64,000 nucleotides of DNA from a virus, in IMG/VR virus record IMGVR_UViG_3300024346_000041, positions 1-64,000 of that record, one strand, 5' to 3'. The notes under the pieces are model-generated. The model did no database searches. It worked only from the letters and a program-made list of their open reading frames with translations, and was not told the origin of the DNA. This document shows, piece after piece, positions 54,805-63,548 of the stretch. Position 1 is the first letter of the stretch. Each line of letters opens with the position of its first letter. The translations under genes were made by a program, and so were the position numbers.

Positions 54805-55188
54805 ATGAAAGATAACAGTAAAACTGGTGGAAACTTGTATGTAGAGATGAGCAGGTCTGCCAACATACCTTTAGAGGTTAGTGACAGCCCATCATGTGCA
54901 GCTTCCGCTCCTTATAAGTACTTGGAGGTTGCTCTACAGTATGTACCTTCTTGTGACAAAGAAGTAGCTAGCACTTTAGAGGCTTTTGACCGAGATTGGT
55001 TCAAGACTCTTGTAGACTTTAACCCTTCTATAAATAACCTTGGCGATGCTGTAAAGGAAGCGGCCAATGCTCTCATTTCTCAAGTTAACCCAGCCCAAGT
55101 AGAGATGCTTGTTAGCTTGTCTAATGACGTGGACAAGCTTGGGTTTTGTAGTAAGACTGTTAAGTTTTCATGGTCTAAACCAGAGTAA
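54805..55188 (+). CDS. Hypothetical protein
   Basis: AAAGGA RBS. Confidence 0.65.
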   Translation: MKDNSKTGGNLYVEMSRSANIPLEVSDSPSCAASAPYKYLEVALQYVPSCDKEVASTLEAFDRDWFKTLVDFNPSINNLGDAVKEAANALISQVNPAQVEMLVSLSNDVDKLGFCSKTVKFSWSKPE

Positions 55189-55194
55189 CCCACC

Positions 55195-56385
55195 ATGGCT
55201 ACAAGATCCCCTAGTAACGAACCTACCAACCTCGCCGTCTCCTTACGGGGTGCGTTGTTTCATAGAACCGACTATGAAAAGCTAGTTAATGTTTTAGCTG
55301 ACTGTGAAAGGACTACTGATTCTTGGATGATAGACTCCGAGGATCAGCTTGTACTTTCTAGAAAAGCTTTAACAGCTGGGGGTGATCGTATCTCATGGTT
55401 GGCTATGCGCCAGATTTGCAAAGCTCTATCTGCAGGTCTGGCGTCTTCTCTTGCCGACTTATTAGGAATGAGAAGATCTGCAGACGCCATGGATAAACCG
55501 TCAAAAGTTAAAGCAGACCCTGATGAAGACTTTACAGTCGGAGAGGCTGCATCCTTATACAACCTTGTTCTTAAGAAAAGGTTTGGTAGATTGTTTGGTT
55601 TCCAGGCCATTAGAAACTCTGAGACGAGAGTCATAGAGGCTCTAGTAGGCAATAGGTACAGGAGGTTATCCAATAGTGATTTTTTATCGGCTGTTTCTAG
55701 TGTTATGGGTTCTTGTAGCGTAAGTCTTTCTTTCTTCTCTGCTGAGCTGTCCGGAAGACGCGTATCCCTAGTATACTCTACGAACGGCTACGATGAGACA
55801 GGGCTTACACCAGGCATAAGGCTTGTTAATAGCGAGATAGGAGACTCGGCCATAAAAGCGGCTGTAGTACTTATTGATAGCAAAGGAGCCACTATGCAGT
55901 CTTCTTATGGAAGAATGGGAAGAGTAGCTCATTCAGGAAGAGACCTTCTTGGTAAGTTATCTCAACTCATTGTAGGTGTAGTAGCTAAGCTTGAAAACAA
56001 GACATTTTCTAAAGAGTCTATTGCTAAGAAAGAGTCAGACGCTCAGAGTAGGCTTCTAGGTTTTACAGGTGAAGAGAAGGATGAAGCTAGGTTTCGTTCG
56101 TTAGTTGAGTTCTTAACTGACAGGGGTGGTCTTACTTACTTTATGTCTAGACGGTGCCTGTCTATGGTTCTTACTGGTGATGAACCTGCTTCAAACAACT
56201 TCCTCATGCTAGATAGATCTAAGAACTGGCCAAGTAGGTCTGCTATGGACTTGGTACGTTCTATAACTATGGAGAGTCTTGAGCAGAGATCTCTCAACTT
56301 CTCCAACACGGACAAATACGAGCGAATAGCTTGGAATTTGTTTTTTAACAGGTTGGTTTTGCCGGATATTGTTTCCGGTGAATAG
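55195..56385 (+). CDS. DUF932-like protein
   Basis: A.RQIC..L, RYRRLSNSDFL, GIRLVNSEIG. Confidence 0.55.
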   Translation: MATRSPSNEPTNLAVSLRGALFHRTDYEKLVNVLADCERTTDSWMIDSEDQLVLSRKALTAGGDRISWLAMRQICKALSAGLASSLADLLGMRRSADAMDKPSKVKADPDEDFTVGEAASLYNLVLKKRFGRLFGFQAIRNSETRVIEALVGNRYRRLSNSDFLSAVSSVMGSCSVSLSFFSAELSGRRVSLVYSTNGYDETGLTPGIRLVNSEIGDSAIKAAVVLIDSKGATMQSSYGRMGRVAHSGRDLLGKLSQLIVGVVAKLENKTFSKESIAKKESDAQSRLLGFTGEEKDEARFRSLVEFLTDRGGLTYFMSRRCLSMVLTGDEPASNNFLMLDRSKNWPSRSAMDLVRSITMESLEQRSLNFSNTDKYERIAWNLFFNRLVLPDIVSGE

Positions 56386-56412
56386 TCTTTTCTTTTACAA
56401 CTGAGGTGATTC

Positions 56413-57321
56413 ATGAAAGACAAATTAGAAGCAATTGAAAAAGATACTGAGTTGGCTGCAAATCAGCATGTCAAATCAAGTGAACCCAATAAGCCAGATA
56501 TAACTGATTCTATGAGCGACGAGCTATTTGAGATTTACGAGAAGGAAAAGAAAGCTTACCAAGAGTTTAGAGACGATATGATTAGCTTTAACTACGACAG
56601 GGGTAGCGTAGCTAGAACTGTCAGAGGTAATCCTAAGCTTGGAGATAAAGCTGTAGAACAACTTTCTAAGGCTCTTTCAGTTGATAAATCAACTGTCTAT
56701 AAGACTATTACTTTTAGCTCTATGTATACAACTAAGTCAGAGCTTAACAAGGTAGTACAGCGAGCTAAGGATTCTGGGTTTGTATTAACTTGGTCTCACT
56801 TCGCTAGCGTTATGCATCTTCCGAGTTCTTCAGAAACAGACCCACATGATAATAGAAGAAAGATGATAGACAAGGCTATATCTGGTAAGCTTTCGGTTAG
56901 AGATCTTATGTCTGAGATCAAGACTGAGTTCGGCGGTACCACTGCTAAGAGGACTGCTAACAGAGGGTCAGAGGTATCTTCTTCTATCAAGCAGGTCATC
57001 AGCGGTACTGAAAGGTATCAGGCAAAGATTAAGGCTCAAGTTGAAAACATATTGGCTGACTTTACTGAAGTCGTAAACCAGATAGAAAAACCTGATGAGT
57101 TTTTATCAAAAGTAGAGGAGATGCATGAGACTGTAGCCACCCTTAGTTCCATGTTGGCTAGGATTTTAGTATTTACTGAAAACCTTCCATCTGTTACCAA
57201 GAAGGCCATAGAAGAAAGAGATGCCGCTAAGAAGGCACTAACCGATACTGACAAGTCTGAAGCGCTATCCAAGACTAAGTCAAGGAGGCCAGCGTCTATA
57301 GACTCTAAGTTAAGTAGCTGA
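56413..57321 (+). CDS. HTH DNA-binding protein (DUF1016 N-terminal/ParB-DBD-like) with coiled-coil tail
   Basis: GDKAVEQLSKALSVDKSTVYK..F...Y, LTWSHF, R...I..A....LSVRDL...I. Confidence 0.6.
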   Translation: MKDKLEAIEKDTELAANQHVKSSEPNKPDITDSMSDELFEIYEKEKKAYQEFRDDMISFNYDRGSVARTVRGNPKLGDKAVEQLSKALSVDKSTVYKTITFSSMYTTKSELNKVVQRAKDSGFVLTWSHFASVMHLPSSSETDPHDNRRKMIDKAISGKLSVRDLMSEIKTEFGGTTAKRTANRGSEVSSSIKQVISGTERYQAKIKAQVENILADFTEVVNQIEKPDEFLSKVEEMHETVATLSSMLARILVFTENLPSVTKKAIEERDAAKKALTDTDKSEALSKTKSRRPASIDSKLSS

Positions 57322-57328
57322 GGTTATA

Positions 57329-58078
57329 TTGAGCACTACGATATGCTGTTTGATGTACGGAGACTACCCTAAGCTGGCTTTAAGGTGTTTAAACCCTATA
57401 AGCCAGCTTTATAAAAGCGGAGTCGAAGTTAGAATAGGACTAAACGAAACGTCTGAGGCTACCAATAAGGTAGTCTCAGATCTTTTCATTAATAGCGACA
57501 GGTTAGTCAACCTTAGCTTTAACCCACAGATATTCAAATACCCTATGATGGATAGGCTTTTCAAGGCAAAGCCTATTACCACCGACTACGTTATGTGGTT
57601 CGATGACGATAGCTTTATAAAGGACTCTAATCCATTGGCGTGGCTGTCAGCTACTGAGAAGTTTATGAACGATAGCGAATCAGACATGGCAGGCGCTATA
57701 TACCACATACCCATATTACCAGGACAGACCGAGTGGAGACGTCTCCACTGCGACTGGTTTGTAAGTGGACCTCTTCCTGGAAGACCAGAGATGACAAAGT
57801 TTGCTACAGGAGGTTGGTGGATTATTAAGACAAGTGTGATAAACAAGTATAAGTGGCCTCATCCAATGCTTAAGCATTGCGGAGGGGATGTCCTTTTAGG
57901 CGAGCTAATAAGGCATCAAGGTCTTAAACTTTCAAGCTATAAGGCTGGCGTCGCTGTAAACGCAGACGATAACGGAAAAGAATCTGCATCTGATAGACGA
58001 GGCTATAACGAGCCACCTCTTGGTTCTAAGAAGTCTCAGATTGAAGTATGGAATGACAGATTTAAGAAAGAAGGGTGA
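57329..58078 (+). CDS. GT2/GT-A glycosyltransferase, paralog of the C-terminal domain of 820..2745
   Basis: C.LMYG, FKYP.M, PIT...MWFDDD, FA.G..W, L.H.GGDV..GE, RRGY.E shared. Confidence 0.75.
   Translation: MSTTICCLMYGDYPKLALRCLNPISQLYKSGVEVRIGLNETSEATNKVVSDLFINSDRLVNLSFNPQIFKYPMMDRLFKAKPITTDYVMWFDDDSFIKDSNPLAWLSATEKFMNDSESDMAGAIYHIPILPGQTEWRRLHCDWFVSGPLPGRPEMTKFATGGWWIIKTSVINKYKWPHPMLKHCGGDVLLGELIRHQGLKLSSYKAGVAVNADDNGKESASDRRGYNEPPLGSKKSQIEVWNDRFKKEG
57732..57749. repeat. Dispersed palindrome copy 7: AGTGGAGACGTCTCCACT (18 bp)
   Basis: Inside the GT2 gene, read as EWRRLH. Confidence 0.95.
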
Positions 58079-58081
58079 TTA

Positions 58082-58990
58082 ATGTTTAGCAGGAGGCTTA
58101 GTGATGAGAAGGTTAAGGTGTCTTCGTCGAAAATACTCAACACTCGCAAGCGGGTTGTTGATGCTCTCATTCCTTTTTGTGGCAGCATTCTTACAAGCGA
58201 TTCTATTAGTTCTGCTTCAGCTGCTTTATCATTTTGTATTCCAAAGGCATGCATAGACTTTGCTTTCTCTCAAGATATGCTTCTTAGATATTTAAGGCAG
58301 CCTATTACAGTACGCGACGTAGAGGCTATAGCTGCAAAGATAGCTGGTAACATGCCTCTTCTAATGCAAGGCGAACAGGTTAAAGATACTGACTGGAGAA
58401 TAAGGTCTGACTGGGGCCTTATAAAGATAGTAAGCATAGAGAAGGCTGTGAGGTTGTTTAAAGACGGGAATAAGCAGAGAGGCATATGGGTAGACCTTGA
58501 TGTTATGAGCGGGCCAGCTAGCTCAATGCTATATAGAAGGTTTTGGTCATCAGACATGTGCAACTATGCAAAGTATAGAATAGGTTTTAGTAGAAGCGAA
58601 GATAATAATAAATACCCATATCTAGATGAATCTAACTTTACAAGTCTGTACTTCCTAGGTTACTTTGATCACCTAGCGGTTAGGGAAAAGCCTGACTACA
58701 CAGAATTTCTATGTAATGACTATGTAGTATCTAAGAACAGAGAATTGCTTAGAAAGCGGTACAGGGCTATACATAGGAATGAAGAATTTACTTGTCCACG
58801 TGAGTACCCTGTAACAGTTAATTGTCATAGGTGCCCAGCAGGTTTAAGTGAATGCGAGGCAGCTACTCATCTGAACACCTATCAAGAAAAGCACTGTGAA
58901 GTGTGTAATAAGGTGTCTTGGGTAGACCCAGGAAAGCCAGGTAAGTGTGTTGATTGCGTAATCAGTACTAGTTTAAACTTAGTAGATTAA
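58082..58990 (+). CDS. Hypothetical protein, Cys-rich C-terminus
   Basis: CHRC, CEVC, CVDC. Confidence 0.7.
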   Translation: MFSRRLSDEKVKVSSSKILNTRKRVVDALIPFCGSILTSDSISSASAALSFCIPKACIDFAFSQDMLLRYLRQPITVRDVEAIAAKIAGNMPLLMQGEQVKDTDWRIRSDWGLIKIVSIEKAVRLFKDGNKQRGIWVDLDVMSGPASSMLYRRFWSSDMCNYAKYRIGFSRSEDNNKYPYLDESNFTSLYFLGYFDHLAVREKPDYTEFLCNDYVVSKNRELLRKRYRAIHRNEEFTCPREYPVTVNCHRCPAGLSECEAATHLNTYQEKHCEVCNKVSWVDPGKPGKCVDCVISTSLNLVD

Positions 58991-59001
58991 AGGAGAAAGT
59001 T

Positions 59002-59505
59002 TTGGCAACTAACATTTTAGGTCATGTGGATCGCAGGAGATATAACCCTTCAAGAGACATAGCATATTGCTGGCCTAGTATCATGCAGTCTGCCATGGAC
59101 AGGGTAAGCAAGGGCACAGGCCTCCCATGGTTTATGAGCTTAGTTAAAAAGCACCAAGTAACTGATGAGGCGCTTTCAAAAACTGCTAAGGCCATTGCGC
59201 ACTACATGGCTGCTTGTAACAAACCTGACGAATGTCCAAGTAATGTTAAGGATGCTATGGAAAAATCAGGATTATTTGAGTGTGATGAGACAGCAAAGAT
59301 GTTACTCTACGCCGCCTTAGGTGAAACAATGATGGCAGCCTTTTATTCATCTATACGAGACGTCCTTGTAGAAGATGAGCCTTCACCTTTGAATGATAAG
59401 AGGCTAATTGAGCTGGTTGGATCTTCAATGGACAGGATTTTCTATAGTAGAAGGTCAGCTTTGGGAAGGGTATGCGATAAGGTTGTTTCTTTTTTTAAAA
59501 AATAG
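59002..59505 (+). CDS. Hypothetical protein
   Basis: AAGGAG before TTG. Confidence 0.7.
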   Translation: MATNILGHVDRRRYNPSRDIAYCWPSIMQSAMDRVSKGTGLPWFMSLVKKHQVTDEALSKTAKAIAHYMAACNKPDECPSNVKDAMEKSGLFECDETAKMLLYAALGETMMAAFYSSIRDVLVEDEPSPLNDKRLIELVGSSMDRIFYSRRSALGRVCDKVVSFFKK

Positions 59506-59517
59506 TTAGGAAGTCTT

Positions 59518-60300
59518 ATGGTAGATGAAGAGTCTGATGTGTGGATGGCAAAGGTAGTATCTAAGCTTGGACCTCTACCTTCCAACTACATAGTGTTTGA
59601 TGTTGAGTCAACAGGCTTAGATTTATCAAACGATTTAGTGGTGCAGTTGGGGTACGTACTGGTACACAATCGCACCTTGGTAGACTGCGGTAGTTTTATA
59701 GTAGACTGGACTCATAATAGCAGCCCAGACTTCTGTTCTTGGCTTGATAACCGCATGGCTTTTACTAAGAATGCTATGGACTCTAAGAACCCTGGAGAAC
59801 TTGGCACCTCCGTATATAAGCACAGCATTGAAAGAATGAAGCAACATGGCATACCTGCCTATGATGCTTTCACTCACTTTATGGACATAGTTAAACTGTG
59901 TAAGTCTAATAAATTTAGCTTTATAGCGCATAACGGTCTTAGGTTTGATCAGCCAATGATAGATAGGTGTGTAAAGCAGCTTAGAGGCGACAACGAGAGC
60001 TTCAGCATTGAAGGCTCAGGTATGAGCTACTTTGACACTATGGGACTAGAGCGTGGAAGTCAGTGTAAGCTAACTCCTAACCCTGGTGACGATTGGTTCA
60101 GCTTTAACGTAAGGCTTATAAAAGAAGGTGGAAGGCTTTACAGCTCTTTAGACAAACACTGCTCTAAGAAGTACGATTTAGTGAATAAGCACAGCCTTCA
60201 AGGAAGTGCTCACGAGGCTGACTTTGACTGTAAGCTTACTCACCATCTTTTTGAAGAGTTTAGAGAGATGTCTGAACGAGGTTTTAAGAAAGTAAACTAA
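59518..60300 (+). CDS. DEDDh 3'-5' exonuclease (DnaQ-like)
   Basis: VFDVESTGL, AHNGLRFD, FDTM, AHEADFD. Confidence 0.9.
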   Translation: MVDEESDVWMAKVVSKLGPLPSNYIVFDVESTGLDLSNDLVVQLGYVLVHNRTLVDCGSFIVDWTHNSSPDFCSWLDNRMAFTKNAMDSKNPGELGTSVYKHSIERMKQHGIPAYDAFTHFMDIVKLCKSNKFSFIAHNGLRFDQPMIDRCVKQLRGDNESFSIEGSGMSYFDTMGLERGSQCKLTPNPGDDWFSFNVRLIKEGGRLYSSLDKHCSKKYDLVNKHSLQGSAHEADFDCKLTHHLFEEFREMSERGFKKVN

Positions 60301-60311
60301 TAGGGGTTTGA

Positions 60312-60923
60312 ATGAAACATGACATGGAAAGATGCCCAGACGCTTTAAAGTCAAAGGTATCTTCAGAGAGACCTGAAGGTACTATGACAGTTCTGGGATT
60401 AGATTTAGGTACATCTTGTGGCTACTCTTATTGTTTTTTAACTAAAGGCTCTTCTGATAGAAGAATGCACGCTGGTCAGCTGGACTTATCAGCTGGCCCA
60501 TATGACTCAGGGGCTATAAGGTTTATAAGGCTAAGGCACTTTCTAGCCGCTATCAAGCCGGACCTTGTGGCATTTGAAGACGTCAGGTACACTCCTCCGA
60601 ATACAGGCTTTCAAAGCGTTGGTGCTTTGTTAGCTAGGGCAGCCCCCGCTTGCGAGTGGTTTGGTGCTCTTAAGGCTACTGTGGCTACTTGGTGTGAGGC
60701 GCAGGGAATACCTAGTACAGGCATTCCTATCGGCACTATTAAGAAAAGGGCAACTGGAAAAGGAAACGCCAATAAGAGCGATATTATTGCTGCGTGCAAT
60801 AAAGAGTTTGGTTTTAACTTTGAAGTAGAAGGCTATGAAAGCACCGGTGTGGATAACATAGCTGATGCAGTTTATGTTTGCTCTGTTTTGATAGAGCAGT
60901 ATGGTTCAGGATTAGAGTTTTAA
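60312..60923 (+). CDS. ruvC: RuvC-like Holliday junction resolvase
   Basis: VLGLDLG, VAFEDV, IKK.ATGKGNANK, DNIADA. Confidence 0.85.
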   Translation: MKHDMERCPDALKSKVSSERPEGTMTVLGLDLGTSCGYSYCFLTKGSSDRRMHAGQLDLSAGPYDSGAIRFIRLRHFLAAIKPDLVAFEDVRYTPPNTGFQSVGALLARAAPACEWFGALKATVATWCEAQGIPSTGIPIGTIKKRATGKGNANKSDIIAACNKEFGFNFEVEGYESTGVDNIADAVYVCSVLIEQYGSGLEF

Positions 60924-60940
60924 TTATATGAAAGGGTTAT

Positions 60941-61936
60941 ATGAAGAAGTCGTTTGATAGTTCAAGTCAAGTAAAGGCTGCAGAAACAATATTGTCAGCT
61001 CCCAGCGCAGAATCCACAACAGCTTACTTTATGGACGCTTTAAGGTTATCCCAGATGCTGCAGTGGAGGGCCATAGAGGACCTAGAGGCTCAAGCTAAAG
61101 CTGCAGGCGCATCAGAGGAAGCTATAGTAAGGCTTAAGAAGGACGTGCTATCTTTAGCTAGGACCACCCCTATTGATAAGTGCATGCTTCCAAAGACTTG
61201 TATGAGAGTAGCCGGTTATCTTGCAAAGTCTATTCCTAACCACAAGAGGGATATGACATCAAACTTAAGCAAGAAGACTGCTGCCCTTAAAAATGTGATA
61301 GTAGGTGCAGATAAGAAGCGTAACCAGGCTTATAGGTTTGATGCAGGAATGACTGATCCTATATCTGCGTCTATTCCCATGATTGTATTTGGAAAGAGAA
61401 AAGATCTGGACTGTGTTATATCTCACATTCTAAATTGCGCTGAGAACAACTTACAGAACTGTTTGCACCTTAGCATGAAATCTTACAACAAGAAGTTTAA
61501 CAAGTATTACAGGAAGATACATCCAGACGATTGGACTGACAAGCTAAGGTCAAAGGATGGTTTGTTCTCTTTGATCAAAGAGTCAAGCAAGCTAACTCCA
61601 CTAAACCTTCTGCTAGTAGATGAGCTATGTCATGGGTTTAACCCAAAGGCCACAGCTGCTGAGCGCAGGCTCGGATCTAAGATAGGAAGAAAGGGTAGGT
61701 ATAAGGAAGCTCTGTGCTGCTTTAAGAGATGTAGGACAAACACCTCAGTAAAAGGTATCTGCACTATAGCGTTCCACTCCACTGACAGTAACATTGGAGA
61801 GCAGAATCAAGAAGTAACTAAATCTTTTTACGACTTAGGTTCTCCGTTCGATTGTTTGTCAGATAAGAAGTCAGTGTGGTTGGTAGACCGCTTAGGTAAT
61901 GTAACCTTAACTATTGCAAGGGCTGACCATGAATAA
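60941..61936 (+). CDS. Hypothetical protein
   Basis: 331-aa ORF; LLLVDEL hints at a degenerate P-loop fold. Confidence 0.65.
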   Translation: MKKSFDSSSQVKAAETILSAPSAESTTAYFMDALRLSQMLQWRAIEDLEAQAKAAGASEEAIVRLKKDVLSLARTTPIDKCMLPKTCMRVAGYLAKSIPNHKRDMTSNLSKKTAALKNVIVGADKKRNQAYRFDAGMTDPISASIPMIVFGKRKDLDCVISHILNCAENNLQNCLHLSMKSYNKKFNKYYRKIHPDDWTDKLRSKDGLFSLIKESSKLTPLNLLLVDELCHGFNPKATAAERRLGSKIGRKGRYKEALCCFKRCRTNTSVKGICTIAFHSTDSNIGEQNQEVTKSFYDLGSPFDCLSDKKSVWLVDRLGNVTLTIARADHE

Positions 61937-62591
61937 TAAGAAGCTAAGCCAAGAGGAGATAGAGTCTAGGCTTGAAGGTGTACCAGAAACTACGCTAGAA
62001 GGTAGAGTACCTGTATCCGAAGGTGTAGTCGATGGCGGCATAGACAACCCAACATTAGAGGATCTTAAGAAACTACCTCCTTTAAAAAGGGTTGAGCTTT
62101 CAGACTCACTTCATAGCCTTTCTAATGACTTTGTATTCTTTAACCACACAGCCCTGTTCTCCAAAGGAGGACTAGACTTTGACCCTCTTAAGGAGTATCA
62201 GATATGGGCTGATAATCAGGACTTGGTCAGCTATGTTATCTTTAACAGAAGCATATTTAGTGGCCTTGATTATCCTGATAACAGTGGCGGTCATGACTGT
62301 ATGCTCTCATTTGTTCCAATAGAGCACTGGCATGTTATAGAAAAAGCTATAGGCAAGTTTACAATACTTAATCGTGCAAAAGGTCATATGTTTCTTTGTG
62401 AGATGGTCAAGGTTAGAATACCAGACCCTAAGCAACCGAGCTTGACTATAGAGCCTTATCTGTGGAAGATGAACGGCTCAAGCCATAGCTGGGATTACAA
62501 AGGCTTTCCAGTTCCTAAACTAGTTAAGTTACCAGCTAGCTATGAAGCTAAGTATTTAATGAAAGTAGTAAACAATGAACCATCCAACTGA
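61929..62591 (+). CDS. Hypothetical protein
   Basis: ORF 61914..62591; ATG 61929 overlaps the upstream gene end. Confidence 0.65.
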   Translation: MNNKKLSQEEIESRLEGVPETTLEGRVPVSEGVVDGGIDNPTLEDLKKLPPLKRVELSDSLHSLSNDFVFFNHTALFSKGGLDFDPLKEYQIWADNQDLVSYVIFNRSIFSGLDYPDNSGGHDCMLSFVPIEHWHVIEKAIGKFTILNRAKGHMFLCEMVKVRIPDPKQPSLTIEPYLWKMNGSSHSWDYKGFPVPKLVKLPASYEAKYLMKVVNNEPSN

Positions 62592-62871
62592 TTTTATATA
62601 TCGCAAAACAAAAACGTTCGTAGAGGAGAGAGTTTACGAACGACCTGCTGGAGCTACTCCAGACGATTGGAGGCTTGTACGCATAAACGAGCCATTGGAC
62701 GACACTATCAACGAGTGGCTGTTAAATAACCAGTTTACCATTGTTGCAACATCTGCTCCTGGAATGGACAGCAGATGGTTAGACAAGGAGATGACCAGAA
62801 GGTCAGTTCTGGTGGCCATAACCGTTATTTATGAAGGTAACCAAAATGGACAATGGCCTGAACGAAAGTGA
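62575..62871 (+). CDS. Hypothetical protein
   Basis: Overlapping operon arrangement. Confidence 0.6.
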   Translation: MNHPTDFIYRKTKTFVEERVYERPAGATPDDWRLVRINEPLDDTINEWLLNNQFTIVATSAPGMDSRWLDKEMTRRSVLVAITVIYEGNQNGQWPERK

Positions 62872-63187
62872 TTCGGGCCAGACAGCGAAGGATTTATATC
62901 ACATCGTTGTTGTACCCTCTCATGGTTATCCTGAGTGTTTATCTTTCAATAGCAAGGAAGACTTTGTAGAGAAGCTCCGTTCTTACAACGGCAAGCGGGT
63001 GAGTTGTCACGTTTTTTATGGAGAGCGGATGCACATATCCCTTCCTCCACGCAAGCTAATCAATTCAGATGGACAGGTAGAGGCTGACCTTTCTTACGAG
63101 CCTAAGAGTACAGAATTAGACCCTAACGGCTCCATGTTTGACGACATGGAGGTGTTTGACGACGATGATGAGTACTTCAAGTCTTAG
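62846..63187 (+). CDS. Hypothetical protein, acidic tail
   Basis: AAGG before ATG 62846. Confidence 0.6.
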   Translation: MDNGLNESDSGQTAKDLYHIVVVPSHGYPECLSFNSKEDFVEKLRSYNGKRVSCHVFYGERMHISLPPRKLINSDGQVEADLSYEPKSTELDPNGSMFDDMEVFDDDDEYFKS

Positions 63188-63222
63188 CTAAATCCAGACC
63201 ATAAATGCGTCATAATATAGTG
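63185..63222 (+). promoter_or_regulatory. Bipartite promoter-like motif TAGCTAAAT-N12-TGCGTCATAATATAGTG, copy 2
   Basis: Identical blocks and spacing to 3579-3616. Confidence 0.65.
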
Positions 63223-63252
63223 CTACCTTATGGGTGGCAGAAAGGGGCGGCC

Positions 63253-63537
63253 ATGTTTGAAAACATTGTGGCAGGCCTTGTAATAACCTCCTTTGTAGTG
63301 ACCCTTTTATGGGTCAACTTTTCAAAGGGTAAATCTGGGCGGGTAGCCCAAGACGGTGCGGGCCCTGGTTACAGGCCCCACGTTCAATACGCCGGAGCAC
63401 TACGAGAAGTGGTCCGGCGGAAGGCTCAGAGTGATGGCCAAGTGGCCTGTACTCTGAGGCCTGATACGAAAGGGGCCCCAAGGCCCCAGCTTACTGTCTC
63501 GAAAGACAGTATTCTATGGGTAAAGAAGAAATTTTAA
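63253..63537 (+). CDS. Small membrane-anchored protein (region also highly structured)
   Basis: AAAGGGG before ATG 63253; N-terminal TM helix. Confidence 0.5.
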   Translation: MFENIVAGLVITSFVVTLLWVNFSKGKSGRVAQDGAGPGYRPHVQYAGALREVVRRKAQSDGQVACTLRPDTKGAPRPQLTVSKDSILWVKKKF

Positions 63538-63548
63538 AGGAGTCTATT

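Noticed and set aside
63452-63490. CTGA...GAAA resembling a hammerhead ribozyme core
   Set aside because: The CUGANGA consensus and a proper stem II are absent.
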